From NCBI GenBank assembly GCA_964019425.1, contig OZ025788.1, positions 1,302,001-1,366,000 of the forward strand: 64,000 bases of DNA, given 5' to 3'. The position numbers and the translations under genes are program-made. Positions 12,225-25,800 of the stretch are shown here, in pieces (positions within the stretch are counted from its first letter, which is position 1; every line of letters begins with the position of its first letter). Below the pieces are notes generated by a model. The model worked only from the letters and a program-made list of their open reading frames with translations, did not search any database and was not told where the DNA came from. Source of the DNA: Flectonema sp. DT1601. Lineage: Eukaryota.

Positions 12225-13072
12225 TTCTAAGGGGTCTAGTAGCATTTTATTACTTCGTGTGTATCGGTCTGTCACTACGACAAAAATTAGTTGTTTTTTC
12301 ATTTTCCGACACATGTTTGTTCTCTTGCTGGGTATAGCTTTTGTTCTGCAGTGACAATCTCTTATGTGAACCAACTTGTTGGAAGATACTCATTGTGGTG
12401 ATACATCTCTTCTCTTGCATCAGGCAGTACCGTTAACCTTTACTCATACGAGTTGGGATCGTAACTACAGTTCTTTTGTGTTATTTCTTTTTGACATGTG
12501 TGGCGTGAAGTGTTATCCTCGTATGCCGATCCGTGTGCCTAGAATGGACCAAATCTCAATAAGGAGGAGTATGGATGCTCTTTGTTGACACTATTATCAC
12601 AGTTTTTAATAAAGTTGTCGTCTCTTCGTCCGCTACGTTCCCGTTGCTTTTTTCCTTTTTTTTAAATGCATTGCTGTTTTTTCTCGGACTCCGGTCTCCT
12701 GCAAGCAATTTTCACAGCAGGATTTCCCAACGGACCTTCGAAATAGGAAATAAAAACTGAAAAAAAAAGAATTCAAAAAAAAAAATAAAAAAAAAAATAC
12801 CCATAGTTGCCAAAAATCTTGTGTGGCGTGACGTGTTTTTCATTTATTTAATTATCCACTAGTAGTGACTATTTAAATTGTTTATCTTGTGAGACTTGTT
12901 TAGCTATTGTAACTCTTCTCAGAACAACAATGTCCCATCCCGTTGTGAGTTGTATTTAATTTCACGTACGAAATGCAATGGTTTAACCTGTTTAGATAAA
13001 CACCTGTTGGAAGTGTGTGAGCGTCTGTAAGATTTGCAGTTCGTATTGTCACCCATCAGTAGACGTACACAA

Positions 13073-13504
13073 ATGAGTAATTTCAAAATACAAAAGACAG
13101 AAGAAGAATGGAAAGCATGTTTATCTGAACAGGAATATAAAGTTCTACGAGGAGGAGCAACTGATCCAGCGCATAAAGGAAAGTATACAAACACGTTACC
13201 GAGTTCAGGTTATTTCGCTTGCAAAGGATGCGGCACAGCTCTGTACAGCTCTGGGTCAAAATTTGAAAGTCAGTGTGGTTGGCCTGCCTTTAACAAATCC
13301 TACACAGATAACGTTGGAACAGTACCTGCTTCAGGTAAGGCACACGAGGAGATTATTTGTACAAATTGTGGAGGTCATTTAGGACACGTTTTTCAAAAGA
13401 AATCAGTTCAAGGTGAGAGACACTGTGTGAACTCATCATCAATAACGTACCTCGATGATACAGTACCAGATATAGCTGAGGGACTCGTTACTCAAAAAAA
13501 GTAA
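13073..13504 (+). CDS. msrB: Peptide methionine-R-sulfoxide reductase, Zn-binding, Cys form (N-terminus may be extended by a small upstream exon)
   Basis: EEEWKACLSEQEYKVLR, two CxxC motifs (CKGC, CTNC), KFESQCGWPAF, GGHLGHVF, catalytic RHCVNS. Confidence 0.95.
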   Translation: MSNFKIQKTEEEWKACLSEQEYKVLRGGATDPAHKGKYTNTLPSSGYFACKGCGTALYSSGSKFESQCGWPAFNKSYTDNVGTVPASGKAHEEIICTNCGGHLGHVFQKKSVQGERHCVNSSSITYLDDTVPDIAEGLVTQKK

Positions 13505-13853
13505 CGTTTTCCTTTTTTAGCATAACAGATGTGAATGTTAATTTCTTATTGTGACTCTCTCTCTCTTACCTCTTGAGAGTATGATAAAAAAATAAAATAC
13601 AAAACAAACAAACTGGCATTCGGAGTTCTTAACATGATTTAGTTTTATTTACAGCTGAATAAGTAAACTATGACATATAACAGAGAGGCAAAGTGTTTCT
13701 AAAGCAAAGTCCTCCGTGTAGAACTTTAGTTTTAACAGCAGCCATTGCTACAATTAAGAATGTTGGATTATCGGTTGTTGTTGTTTCTGTCATTCGTCTT
13801 ACTAATTCTAACTGTAATATTCTTATCAGGTTGCTTGGTACAAAAAAATTAAT

Positions 13854-15775
13854 ATGGGTGACTTCTGGACAGAACGGGGACCAAGTGATCCGCTTTCAGA
13901 AGAGAAGAGTAATGAGTTCGAGTCGAAGCAATCTGAGAAATTTGAGCAGTTTATTGATCTGACTAAAGAGACAAGATCAGAATCACAACTTAGAGAACGT
14001 GTATTAGGTTGGTTAGATGCAATGGTAAAGACCTTCGTAACTGATGAAGGTGTAAAGCAGGGATACAGACTTGAGGATGCGAAATTATTTGGTGGTCGAA
14101 TCTATTCTTTTGGATCTTATCGACTGGGTGTTCACGGCCCTGGTGCTGACATCGATACTCTGGTACTTATGCCACGACATGTTACAAGAGACATATTCTT
14201 CACTTCATTCACTGCTGAGTTATCAAAACACAGCAGAATAACAGAAATGGTTCCTGTCCCTGACGCTGCAGTTCCGGTTATAAAACTAAAAGTTTCAGGT
14301 CTGAGTATCGACTTGTTGTTTGCAAGTTTAGACCTCCCAAGTATCCCAAATACATTTGAAATAACAAAAGATGAAATACTAAAGGGAATTGATGATAAAA
14401 CACAAAAATCACTGAACGGTGTCAGAGTTGCTACAAAAATGCTTTCATGTGTTCCGCAAGTTATGATCTTTCGATCTGTTTTAAGGGGAATAAAGAAATG
14501 GGCTCAAGCCAGAGGGGTTTACGGAAATATTTACGGATATCCAGGAGGTGTCGCTTGGGCTATCATGGTGGCCAGAGTATGTCAACTGTATCCATGTATG
14601 CAAGCTGGAAGTGTTTTCATGAGATTCTTTACCTTTCACAGAGGGTGGTGGAAGGTACCTGATTCTACAACTGGTCAAGTCACCAACAACCCGATTCACC
14701 TCACTAAAACATTAGACGTGGATCCTACTCATGATTATGGTTTTAGGGTTTGGAATAAAATTGTAAACTACGCAGATCGACGAGACATCTTTCCGATTAT
14801 CACTCCAATGTACCCTTGTATGAATGCTTGTTATAATTGTACAGCAACCACCCTTCGGGTTATCGTCAATGAAATTTCGAGAGCTGATGACATCTTTCAA
14901 AAATGTCAAAAGGAGAACGGCTCCATTGATTTTGAAAAGGTTTGGGAACCCACTGACTTCTTCTCGAGTTATAATACTTACATGCATATTACGGCAGGAG
15001 CAAAGAACCCTGATGAGGGTCGTAAGTGGGCAGGTTTCGTAGAGTCCCGTGTAAGACGACTTCTTGCTCAATTGGAATTAGTACCCAAGCTGACTGTTCA
15101 TCTCCTTCCAAGAGAATTCTGTATTGAAACACCAGAAGATAAAAAGCAAGGAATAACTTTTAATTGGTTTCTGGGTCTTCAAACTGATGAAAACCAAAAA
15201 GATATCTCTCTTGGTCAAGCTTGGAAAGTCTACATGAGTTACATTACAGGACCTGGAAATACAACTTTTCCAAAGACTGCGGACATGTATGAACCAACAC
15301 TGGCGATTATTAAGAGGCGTGATTTGGAAAAAACTGTTCCGTTCGTACTGACGGAAAGTGATAAGGAGAATATTGCAAAAGCTTTAATTGCCCAAAAAAA
15401 AGAGCGAAAATTATCAAAGAGAAAGCGCAAAGAAGCAGAAGAAACCCCCGATCTTAAACGTGAGAAATCTGAGATGACTAATAACTCTCCACTTTCGATG
15501 GGGTCTCCACTTCAGCAACCTGGTTCCTCTCCTGCTGTTCGTCCGATGGCTCCACCTTCATTCTCTGAGAAGAATTTAAATCCGGTTTGTGTTCATAATT
15601 CAATTGAAATGGTTGAGGTTTAGTTTTTTTAATATTTTTTTGTTTTCCTTTAAGTTATTTTACGCACACACAGGAACTAACACGCCAGACCACACCGTCA
15701 CCTCGTAAGTCTGTTACCCCGAAGAAAACAACACCATCTCTGACCGATATGTTGATTGAAGATTCTTTTAATTAA
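13854..15775 (+). CDS. PAP: Canonical nuclear poly(A) polymerase; exons 13854-15584 (or 15617), 15674-15775
   Basis: FGSYRLGVHGPGADIDTL catalytic motif, IDLLFA, SLNGVRV, YGYPGGVAWAIMVARVCQLYP, PIITPMYPCMN, GFVESRVR. The 3' exon reads ELTRQTTPSPRK...SFN*. Confidence 0.93.
15585..15673 (+). other. Probable spliceosomal intron (89 nt, phase 0; alternative in-frame donor at 15618)
   Basis: gtttgt...acacacag followed by an open S/T/P-rich 33-codon exon. Confidence 0.7.
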
Positions 15776-16232
15776 TTCAACGACAGTAATAATAGAATTC
15801 CAGTTTATATGCAGAACAGGGTAGAGGGAGAGAATCTTGTTTAACTGCTTCTTCCCAGTCTGCTGTCGATACAAGAAAATGTTTACCCGAACGCATGCGT
15901 TTGTCGACGCTCGTTATCAGGCTGTGGTCGCATCACTTAAAAGGAATTTAAAAAAAAAAAAAAAAAAAAAAAAATGTCCGGTAGTGAGAAGAGTGAGAAA
16001 AAAAAAAAAAATGGAAAAATACAGGTGGAGGCACTCTGTTTGGGTTCAGAGAACCCGAATTTCTTTCTTTTTTTTTTTGCTTGAACGCAATGTAATAGAG
16101 AGCGGAGGCAAAAACGAAAAGACGCAAAAACTGGTACGTTAGCTGCACTTTCTTTTGGGTTTAGTTTCTCTTCTCTCTTTGTATTATTATTTCAAATAAA
16201 AGCATTATCAAAAAAAAAAAAAAAAAACTAAA

Positions 16233-17105
16233 ATGCACATCCAATCACCAACCACTATTAAGAAGATCGATGAGACCATGGGTAAGCAAGTCGGTTACCA
16301 AGTTGTTGAGGCGCTTCAGGCCAACTGGAAGGAAGTTGTCGTTGACATGAAGAAGGCTTCAGTAGCTGTTTCACAGGATGGAGAGAAGATCAACCAGTTC
16401 GTTGAATGCGTTCAGTGCGATGACGAAGTTATTAAATCCGCTGTTGTTTCCGGAAAGTACGGTGAGGCCCTCAAATACGCTACTGAGGGAAGCGCCGTTG
16501 CCGATGACGTCGAAGTTGTCACGGCTGCTATTGAGACCAACGCTGACTGCTTGCAGTGGGCATCTGCCCGCCTTCGCAACACCCCGTCAGTTGTTGTCTC
16601 CGCAGTCGAGAAGAACTCTCTCGCAATCCAATACGCTAGCGAAGAGTGTCGTAGCAACTCTGACATCATTAAGGCAGCCACCAAGAAAGGGGGTGACATC
16701 TCATGTCTTCAGTTCCTTCCTGAATCCGTTTTAAACAACGAGCTTGAGATGCAGAAGGTACTTCGTAGAAACGGAATGGGACTTCAGTACCTTCCAAGTT
16801 GCCTTCGTGAGTCATTCCCAACTGTTGGAGCCGCGGTCACACAAAACCCATTGGCTCTGCAGTACGCAAGTGACTCAATGAGAGACAACGAATGGACTGT
16901 AAAGTCAGCTGTTGTTCTTGACGGAACGACCCTTCGCTTTTCAAGCAGAAGACTTCAGGACGACACTGCTGTTGTAACTGCTGCTTGCAAGCAAAACCCA
17001 CGCGCATTCAAGTACGCATCCCAGAGACTTCAGAAGGTATCAAAGAAGCCAAAGAGCATGTCCCGTTCCAAGAAAGCTAAGGAAGGTGAATGTTGTATCT
17101 GTTAA
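16233..17105 (+). CDS. DUF4116-like repeat protein with polybasic tail and C-terminal CaaX-like motif (CCIC)
   Basis: Repeated VV.AAV.QN..ALQYAS..LR units; KKPKSMSRSKKAK followed by GECCIC*. Confidence 0.85.
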   Translation: MHIQSPTTIKKIDETMGKQVGYQVVEALQANWKEVVVDMKKASVAVSQDGEKINQFVECVQCDDEVIKSAVVSGKYGEALKYATEGSAVADDVEVVTAAIETNADCLQWASARLRNTPSVVVSAVEKNSLAIQYASEECRSNSDIIKAATKKGGDISCLQFLPESVLNNELEMQKVLRRNGMGLQYLPSCLRESFPTVGAAVTQNPLALQYASDSMRDNEWTVKSAVVLDGTTLRFSSRRLQDDTAVVTAACKQNPRAFKYASQRLQKVSKKPKSMSRSKKAKEGECCIC

Positions 17106-19581
17106 AACAGAATTAAGAAATAACAAAAAAAAAAGGAAGAAAACAAAAAAAAAACCATATATTAAAAAAAAGAAAATACAAAATGAATCTTTTATTGTCA
17201 ATTTTTTCTCGACATTAAAAAATATTAAATTTAAGGATTATCTTTTTCGAAAACTCACGCAATGTGGACGCATTTGAGCCTGTACAAGCAGTCTTCTTCA
17301 AAACCGTTTGACTGCGGTCAGGTTGGGGTGTAAGCACCTTTCGTTGTTGACGAAAAAAAAAAATTAAATTTAACTACCAAAAAAGACGAAGTATATCAAT
17401 ACTCTCATCTTTATTCTTTTATCGTTCATCATTGTAGCACTTGAACTCGTGTTGAGTAACACTCGCATATCCTTTTCTTTTAATAGGACGGGGGTGGTAA
17501 TTTTTTGATGTATTTCTATTCATTTCTTTCAATATTTATTTCCCCTCCCCATCTTTTATTCTACCCATCATATCTCCCTCCCCACATCTTTTCTTTCCTC
17601 TCTTTGGAGGTGAATCAAAAAAAAAAAAAAAATGTAAGAAAAAACTTATTTTCAATACGAACGATCTGGAAAGGAATTTTTTGTTTAAAAAAAAAAAAAA
17701 AAAAAAAAGAGCAAATGTTTAGAGCAGAGTACCCTTTCCCATTTCTCCCCCGGTTTGAGTGACCGGCAACACTTTACCTTGTTCTTAGTTTTAAAAAAAA
17801 AAAAAATCCCTATTTTCTTTGTTTGATTTCTCTTTTGCAATGAATTCTTTTTTTTTTTTCTTCTCTCTCACCCCCATGAGCAGCCTTTCCGTAGTTCAAA
17901 ATATCCAGCGCACCTTTCTTTTCTATGGTCATGCTGGTGTGGTGTACTGCTCGTAACAGACGTGCCTTTTTACAAAAGGGTCTTAAATCCCAATTCTCGT
18001 TTTCTTTTCCCCCTATGCTTCCATTGTAACGTGTCAGCAAAGGAATCAGGAAAAAAAAAAAAAAAAAAAAAAACACAAAATAGAATAATAAAAATAAAAC
18101 AGCGTGGTTGTCCACGGTTTGATTATTAGTGTTGTTTTCTTTTTTTTTTTAAGAAAAAAGGGTAATAAAAATAAAATAATATTATGGCATTCCTGAGCTT
18201 CTCTCGTTGACGAATGGTCGTCTTTTAAGTGTTGTTTTCACTCGATCATTAATGGAAATGTGCTGAATTTTGTGGTACCATTTGCTGTATTGTTTTGCTT
18301 TTTTTTTTTTTTTTAAATTTTTTTTTTTTATAATAATGTTGTTAGAAAAAAAATAGAAAAAGAAATTATGGGCCTCTTCTATTTTCATCATGTTGGACCG
18401 CGTTTTTCGTGGTTTTTTTTTTTTTTTTTTTTGAGGCGTTTGATTTTCACTCCGATACTGTTTCTCATAACCTCGGAGAAGAGTACACATAATAAACTAC
18501 TAATGGGGCTCTCCACCTTGGTTTTTTTTTTTTTTTTTTTTTTTTGCTATTTTCTGTTTTATTATAGCACATGGAACAAATCTTGTTCTTTTTATTGTCA
18601 TTTCTTTTTTAGACAAATTAATTTTTCTGTTTTTTTTTTTAATTTCCCCCTTTTTTTTTATTTTTATTACAGTTTTCCGTGATATCGTTCTTTCCAACTT
18701 TATTAGAAAAAAAGAAATTCTTACACGTTTCTCCTTTTCGTACAAATTTTCTCGTTTCATCGGGTATCTTTTTTTTTTTAATTTTTTCTCTGCTCTTCTT
18801 GTGATATCTTTTCTTTTTTCAAGGGGGGAGAAATTTTCAAAAAAAAAAACAAAAAAAAAAAAACAAAAAACACCTTCCCCGCATCTTTTCTAATCAATAA
18901 AAAGAAAATGTTCCAACATTCCCGTTCTTCCCCTTCCCCTTCCCCTTTACATATGCCAGTTTTTTGAAAAAGATGTGAATACTTTGCATGGCTGTTGCTT
19001 ACAGGTCGTGTAATGAGATTCATGTGTGAATCTCGCTAAGCTGCTTTTGCAGTCAGATTTTATTATTTATGACTACACGTGGGTTGTCCAATTGGCATCC
19101 CATCTTTTTTCATTAAAAAAAAAAAAAAAGAAGGGGGGAAAAAAAAAATCTCCTGCATTGACGACTTTAGTTATCAATTGAAGGGGGGTTATTTATTATT
19201 TATTTATTGCTCTTTTTTTTACAATCATTTTTGGTAAATGGTTACATGTTAATTTCCTCCGACAAAACAGATTTTTTTTTTTTTTTTAAAAATTTTTTTC
19301 TTATTGACTCCATTAAAGAAGTTACCTGTACATGACGGCTGTAGGACGTGTAACTACATGCAAAAGAGACCCAATTTGTACTGGACATTGTACCACCATA
19401 TATTTGCATTTATCTGTTCTGTTCACTATACTCACACCATCCCTGTTCTACGCTCTGATTACTCGGTTTCCTGTATTTTTATTATTATTTTTATTTTTGT
19501 GTTCCCTCGAGTGTGTGCGCTGCCGTGTGTTATTTTTTTTTTTTTTTTGCTATGGTGTTGTATGTTGGAAAGCAAATGAGG

Positions 19582-19612
<31 letters not shown>

Positions 19613-22600
19613 ATTCTTGTTTAGTAGATTTCCCTCGACTATCAGTTTGCGCATCTTGAAGTTCTCGCGTTTTATATTTTCTTGTCAAGCTTTGTTCGAT
19701 CTATAGAACAGTGCTGAGGTTGTCTTATTGACCTGGTGTCAATTGTTATTTTCTACCTTGTGCTGCGTTAAACTATTAAGCAAGTACAAGAAATCCCTTT
19801 CCTGGTGGTAGCGTGCGATTAACATTAGCTTCATTTCAGGGTGTAGACTTGACAATTATGAATTGTTCTGGAAAAAAAAAGTAATAAAAAAAAAGGAAAA
19901 AAAAAAACTCTGCTTACTTGGTTTATTTTTTTTTAATTATTTTTTTTTAATATTGAACAAAGTTTTTTTTTTCCCTTATTTTTTTTCTCGATGAGGGGAA
20001 AAAAAAAGAGGAAGAAAAAAAAAAAAAAAAAAAAAAAAAAGTTATTCCTATTAAAAACCTATAAAAGGTTTGTAATCTATATCTTCTGCGACTCTTTGCT
20101 CGACCAATCCAAACTCTAAAGGCGAGCTAATTATATGTTAACTTCACTAGTCGCAAATTGTTTGCTTTCAAAAAAAAAAAAAAAAAAAAAAAATGAAAAT
20201 ACTCAAATATCATCTCACCAATAATTGCAGTTCATGTGGCTGCAGTACTCGAAGCAATTTGACATCTTTATAAAATGTTAAATAGCCTAGTTACAATAAC
20301 TGGGAACCGTTGAGTGCACACATCGAGGTGTATCAATTTGTATAAGCGACTAGGCTTCTCTCCTTTTTCCCCTGAAGGAATAATAGTACTTCTTATGGGA
20401 AGTACCTGAATGTTGTCTTAACTCCGTTTACTTAACCCCGCCTACGACTTGACATCCCTATGCTTTAAAGGACCTTCCCCTCGTCAAGTAGTTGTGCTGG
20501 AGCAACATGGATGCACTCAAGTTAAAAAGTGCCCTATTTGCCCAGTAACAAATTCTCTTATAACGATCTCTTTTTAACTTGGGGGTTGCAGGATATTAAC
20601 TACAAAAAGGAGGCAGAAACCATCAACTTCTGATTTAGTTTTTAATTTTATTTTATATAAAAACTCTTAAATATGTGAACCAACCATGGACCTTGAATAA
20701 TGAGCAAGAAAGGCAGGTGTTTGCCTTCTTTGATTTAGCTCTCTGGAAATCGTCGGTAATGTTTGTGCAATTCTTGCCTACTGAAGGAACCGACACACAA
20801 CCAGGGAAATATTTGCTACGGTGATGCGTGTGAATTGAATTGACCGTTAAATGAAACTAGTGAACCACACGAATACAATTATTATTGTGGGTCCTAATGA
20901 GTGTGTTGTGTAGTTTTTTTTAATATATAAAATACGATTTTAAAAAAGACTTTTTTATATCCCCCTTCTATTCACAACTATAGTTATCTTGAATACCTCC
21001 CCTTCAGTGTGTAAGGCATTTTGCAACAGTTGCAGTCAGAGGAACCATTTTGGTATTCTCACTTCACAGGCCGATTCCGTTCGCTTGTGACGCAGAATGC
21101 TTCCGGTGGCTTAGTTGGTGGACACTTGTCGTGTTAGGTTTTTACTGCATCCTTAATCTATATTGATTTTGCGAAAAAAAATTGCTTCAGAACCTTTTTA
21201 AACATACTTCTGTGGGCTATTTTGCTCTACATTGCTGATTAAAGTGACCGGGTGAGCTATTTTATAGTTAACTTTAGTTGAAAAATAGGGGAAGGGGGTG
21301 TAATTTATACGCATGCACACAACCTATCGGTGATGTTTTTTATTCTTATTTTCCCGTTAAATAAGAACGAATGTCGCTTCAATGTGGCTTCTGCTGTCTG
21401 ATTGTAAATCTTGTAGTACTATCGTACTCGTCCGATGACAATAAAAAAATAACATCGATTTGCTTCTTTAACCCCACCTATAAAGTACTACCAAGGACTA
21501 TATTGTGTCCTTTTTATTTCCTCTTTTTTTTTTTTTTTTTTTTTTTTGATTCTGTGTTCTGTATTTTTCTTTCGTAAATTAAAGGGAAATCCTGTACCAC
21601 AATGCACCATAACACACACGCAACACACATTACCCATTTTGATACGTTGATGTCGAGAGGTTTTCTTTTTTTTTTTTTCGTTTCTTTTTTTTTCCACCCC
21701 CCCCCCCCTTGTTTCTCTCTTTATTCTCTCTTCTTTGTGTTTGCTTTGATAATAAGGTTTCTGCTTTTATAGTATGATCTTATGGAAGGGTGGAACACTG
21801 CTATTTAAGTGTGTAGAAATCTTTCTGCACAAGTTGCTAGAGGTTGGAAGACGTTCTCTGTCACATGGTAGTGTTTATGTGGTTTGGTAAACTTCATTAT
21901 TCTTTATTAACGAGAGAGTTCTCATGGTAAAATAACTTTTTTTTTTTTTTTTTTGTATTTAATTTATTTTGTTTGTTAACCCCTTCACCCCCAACTATTC
22001 TGGATATTATTGACTTTGATACAATGCATGTATTTATATCATTATAAATTTGCTCAAACAGTTAACACCCACCCACTATCGCACGGCAGCTACAATTCTG
22101 AAGTGAAACTAAATCTTCTCTTCAACTTATTTGCTTTATCTTTGGATATTGCCAAACTATATCATTCATTCATTTTTTTTTTTTTTTTTTTTTAAAAAAA
22201 AAGGAAAGGGGGGGAAAAAAAATAAATAAACTGCTTTTTCCCCTGATATTGATATTTTTGTATTCACTAATTTTATTTTGTGAACTTGAACCAACCCTCA
22301 CTTCTGGAGTTATCTTTTTTTGCATGTACTGACTCTGGTCATCTGAAGAGGCTCCAAAAACTCACCAAAACAAAAAAAAAAAAAAAAAATGTTTTTTTTT
22401 TAAAAATTAATAATTATTAAATCTTATTATTCATACTCGTTATTTATTGTATATAATTTTTTTTTTTTTTTTTTTAATTATTTTTTTAATATTAGTCCTG
22501 ACAGTTTTTTGTTTGTTTGTTTGTTTGTTTTTTTTAATTATTTCTCTTTCGATTGTTTGTATTATTGTTGTCTATTCATCACTTCCACCACCTACCACAA

Positions 22601-22776
22601 AGAATGATATCTCAATTGAGGCTTAAAAGAAACTTTTCCAGAGCTAACAGTGTAGTAATATCACTATAACATAAAGCAATGTTTTTGGTCTCCAGAATAC
22701 AAACTTCTTATTATTTTGAAGGAAGAAGAAAAAGAAAAAAAAAAAAGAAACGTGGTCAGTCACTACCACCAACCAC

Positions 22777-22807
<31 letters not shown>

Positions 22808-25800
22808 CTGAAGGTCTTTTTAGCGCGGCTTTTTTCATTTTTTTTTTTTTTAAATCTGTTCACGTTTATTGAAAAACAAAATCAGAAAAAAAAAAAATCA
22901 GTTTTTTGGGCACGAATGGTGAGCTTATTCGTTTTTTTTTTTTTTTTTTTTCGTTGATGGTTTCTCTCGATGTGGTCCTTGTTTTTGATTACTGTAGGCT
23001 ATGCTCGCCTATCTTGGAACTAATCAAAAAGCAAAGATTCATTCCAAAAAACCGAGAAATTATCGCCTTATGTTCTCCTTTTTACTTTTTATTTTTTAAA
23101 AAAAACCATAGAGGAACTTCTTTTTTTTTGTTGTACCGGATTCTTAGCTTTTTTTTCTTGAATAATTTTTTATGAAAAAGAAAAAAGAAGAAAAGGGAAT
23201 GGAAAAAAAAAAATAAATAAATAAATAAAGGCGTCATTCGTGTTCTCACTCCACTCCACTCTGCTGTTTTTGTGTGTTACGTATTTTTGATGTAGTCACG
23301 TTTATTTTTTTTACTCCAAATGCATGATAGGTAGCGTGCGTTGTACTTATTCTTTGTTTTTATAGATTAGCATCGAGATATCCCCTTATCAACTTCCAAT
23401 CTTTGTATATTACAACAGATGCTTTATCGTAATCAATTTAATAAAAAATAAATATAGAAAAAAAATAATAATAATGAATTAGTTACGTGTTCTATTAACG
23501 TGACGGCACACACATATGCACTCACTCACATCTATTAGAAAAATAACATCAACCAGCTGGCAGGTTGTTGAGGATTTTTTTTTTTTTTTTTTTTTCAGAC
23601 TGAGAAACTTCAGTAAAATAGATTATTGCCTTTTGATGAGACTTCGTCAGGGAAAAAAAAAAAAAAAAAGGGTTTCACCCCCACCTAGAGTACAAACACA
23701 ATGGCAGCTAGGTATGCCGCACCCCCAGAACTACTCAAAGTATCTAACAAAATATATTTTTCCCTGAATTTTCTTCCAACAAAACAAATTGTCCTGCGCT
23801 TTTGTGTGTTTTCTATATTATGTAGCAGTCTATCACAGTGCAAAGTTCTTTTGTAGCATTTTATCTTTTTTTACCCTCTTGGTTTCAAACCATACGTATG
23901 CCTTCCCCCGGACCTGAAAATATTACAAAATTTTGCACCCCCTGTTTTTCCACGTGTATTTTTTTTTTTACCCCCATTCTTTTAACAAGCGCAGTGTCAA
24001 AAAAAAAAAAAAAAAAAAAAAGATAATAAAGTCAACGGTTTTTTGATTGAGAATACACAACCCGGGTTCGAATTAGGTTATTGCCTTGTGAATCTTTTGA
24101 GGTAGCCTTCCAGTATTGTAAAAAATAAAAGATTTTTACTGATGGTTGTACTAATTTGATTTTGATAGTTCCTGATTAGTGAAGAAACAAAAAACCACCG
24201 TTTCTCGTCGATGAAATGGTGGCCCAAAACTACATGTGGAGCCTTTGATCTCCTGTTCCCGTTCCTTTTTCTTGTTCTATTATGTTTTTTAGGAAGTATT
24301 TCACTCTTCCTATGTACTCTTCCCATTGTGACCTCACACTAGCTCCCCTTGTTACTACTGCTTATAATTAGCTGTTACTGTATCTTATTACATAAAAACG
24401 GAATTGACATGTATGGACCGCTATACTCCCGGCTTCAGCCATTAGTTGGGAGTGAATTGCTGCTACGAAATGTGTAGCTGGTGGTGTGCTGTATATGTCC
24501 AGTCGTTTTACCAGAATATTAAACTACAACTGTTCGTTATCAAAACAAACACAAACGCAACAAAGTAAACAACTACTTTTTGTACCAAAAAAATAAAATA
24601 AAATAAAATAACTTTGGTCACATTTGTGGCCTTGTTCGACTCGTTACCAAAAGCTTCGGTTGTCACCAGTGTGCACCAGCGTTTTTTTGCTTGTGGACAC
24701 TGACCTACTACACGATGAAAGCCATTGTATGTATGCTGTACTAATCTATTTAATGCACCTCTGCGGCTGCAGCCAGATGGGGTGCTCTACTCATTGGTTT
24801 TCTTTATTCCAACCCACTCGAATCGTAGGGATTCAGAGAACCATAATTATTATTATTATTTATTATTTTTTTTTTTTTTTCATTGTCACCAAAACCTACG
24901 GAAAGGGGGGGGGAAAAAAAAAAAAAAAAAAAAAAAAAAAGAAAAACATGTTACCTTATTCTCAATCTAAATTACGTTACAATAAGTCGTTAACAAATTC
25001 CCGTTTCCCTTTGTCACCAATTCTTGTTGTTTTATTGTTCAGTAACTACTACAATATAAAACAATAAGGAAACCAACTGCCCTTATGAATTTTTAAATTG
25101 ATTTCTTCTGTCTGGAGGGATAGAAGTCACTCAAAACTTTAAAAAAAAAAACAAAGCTGATTCTACATCAGCGCTTTATTCATAAAGAGATATTTCTCTT
25201 AACACTATTTTTTTAAGTTTGAAATAAACAAATCTATTGGGCGATAGTTCTTCGCTATCGCAATATCGCACTTTCCCTTTGTTGTTTATTGTTCTTTAAA
25301 AAAAAAAAAAAAAAAAAAAAACCTACATATATACTTCAAGAATATTACATTGAGTTTCTTCTTCTTCTTCTTCTTCTTTTTCTCTCTTCTTAACTTTTAT
25401 AATTGAGAAAGTATTCTTCCGTCGTTTTATCGTAAGTGCTTCTGTTGATTATTTAATATTTCCAGTACTGTTTTGAATACTGTCGCACGGAGGTGATGAG
25501 TCTTTGTCGGAGAGAGCCTCTTGGGAAAATCGACCAACAAAATTGATTAACCAACTCATATTAACTAACGAGTTTTAGTAGGCAATGGATGGGGCGATGT
25601 GATGTATCTCCTTCTCCCCAAAAGATACAATCACATCGTTCCTCTTGTTGCTTTTTTTTTTTACGCAATTATAGGTGTAGTACTTTTGTAGCAGGATATC
25701 GCTCTTTCTGTAGAGTGCAGCCTGTATGTATCAGAAAACGCAAAAAATTACCGCGATGAGAATTGAACTTGCAGAAACATACATTTTTCCTCGGCAATTA

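Noticed and set aside
13073..13700. Selenoprotein MsrB with SECIS
   Set aside because: The catalytic residue is Cys (tgt) and there is no in-frame TGA.
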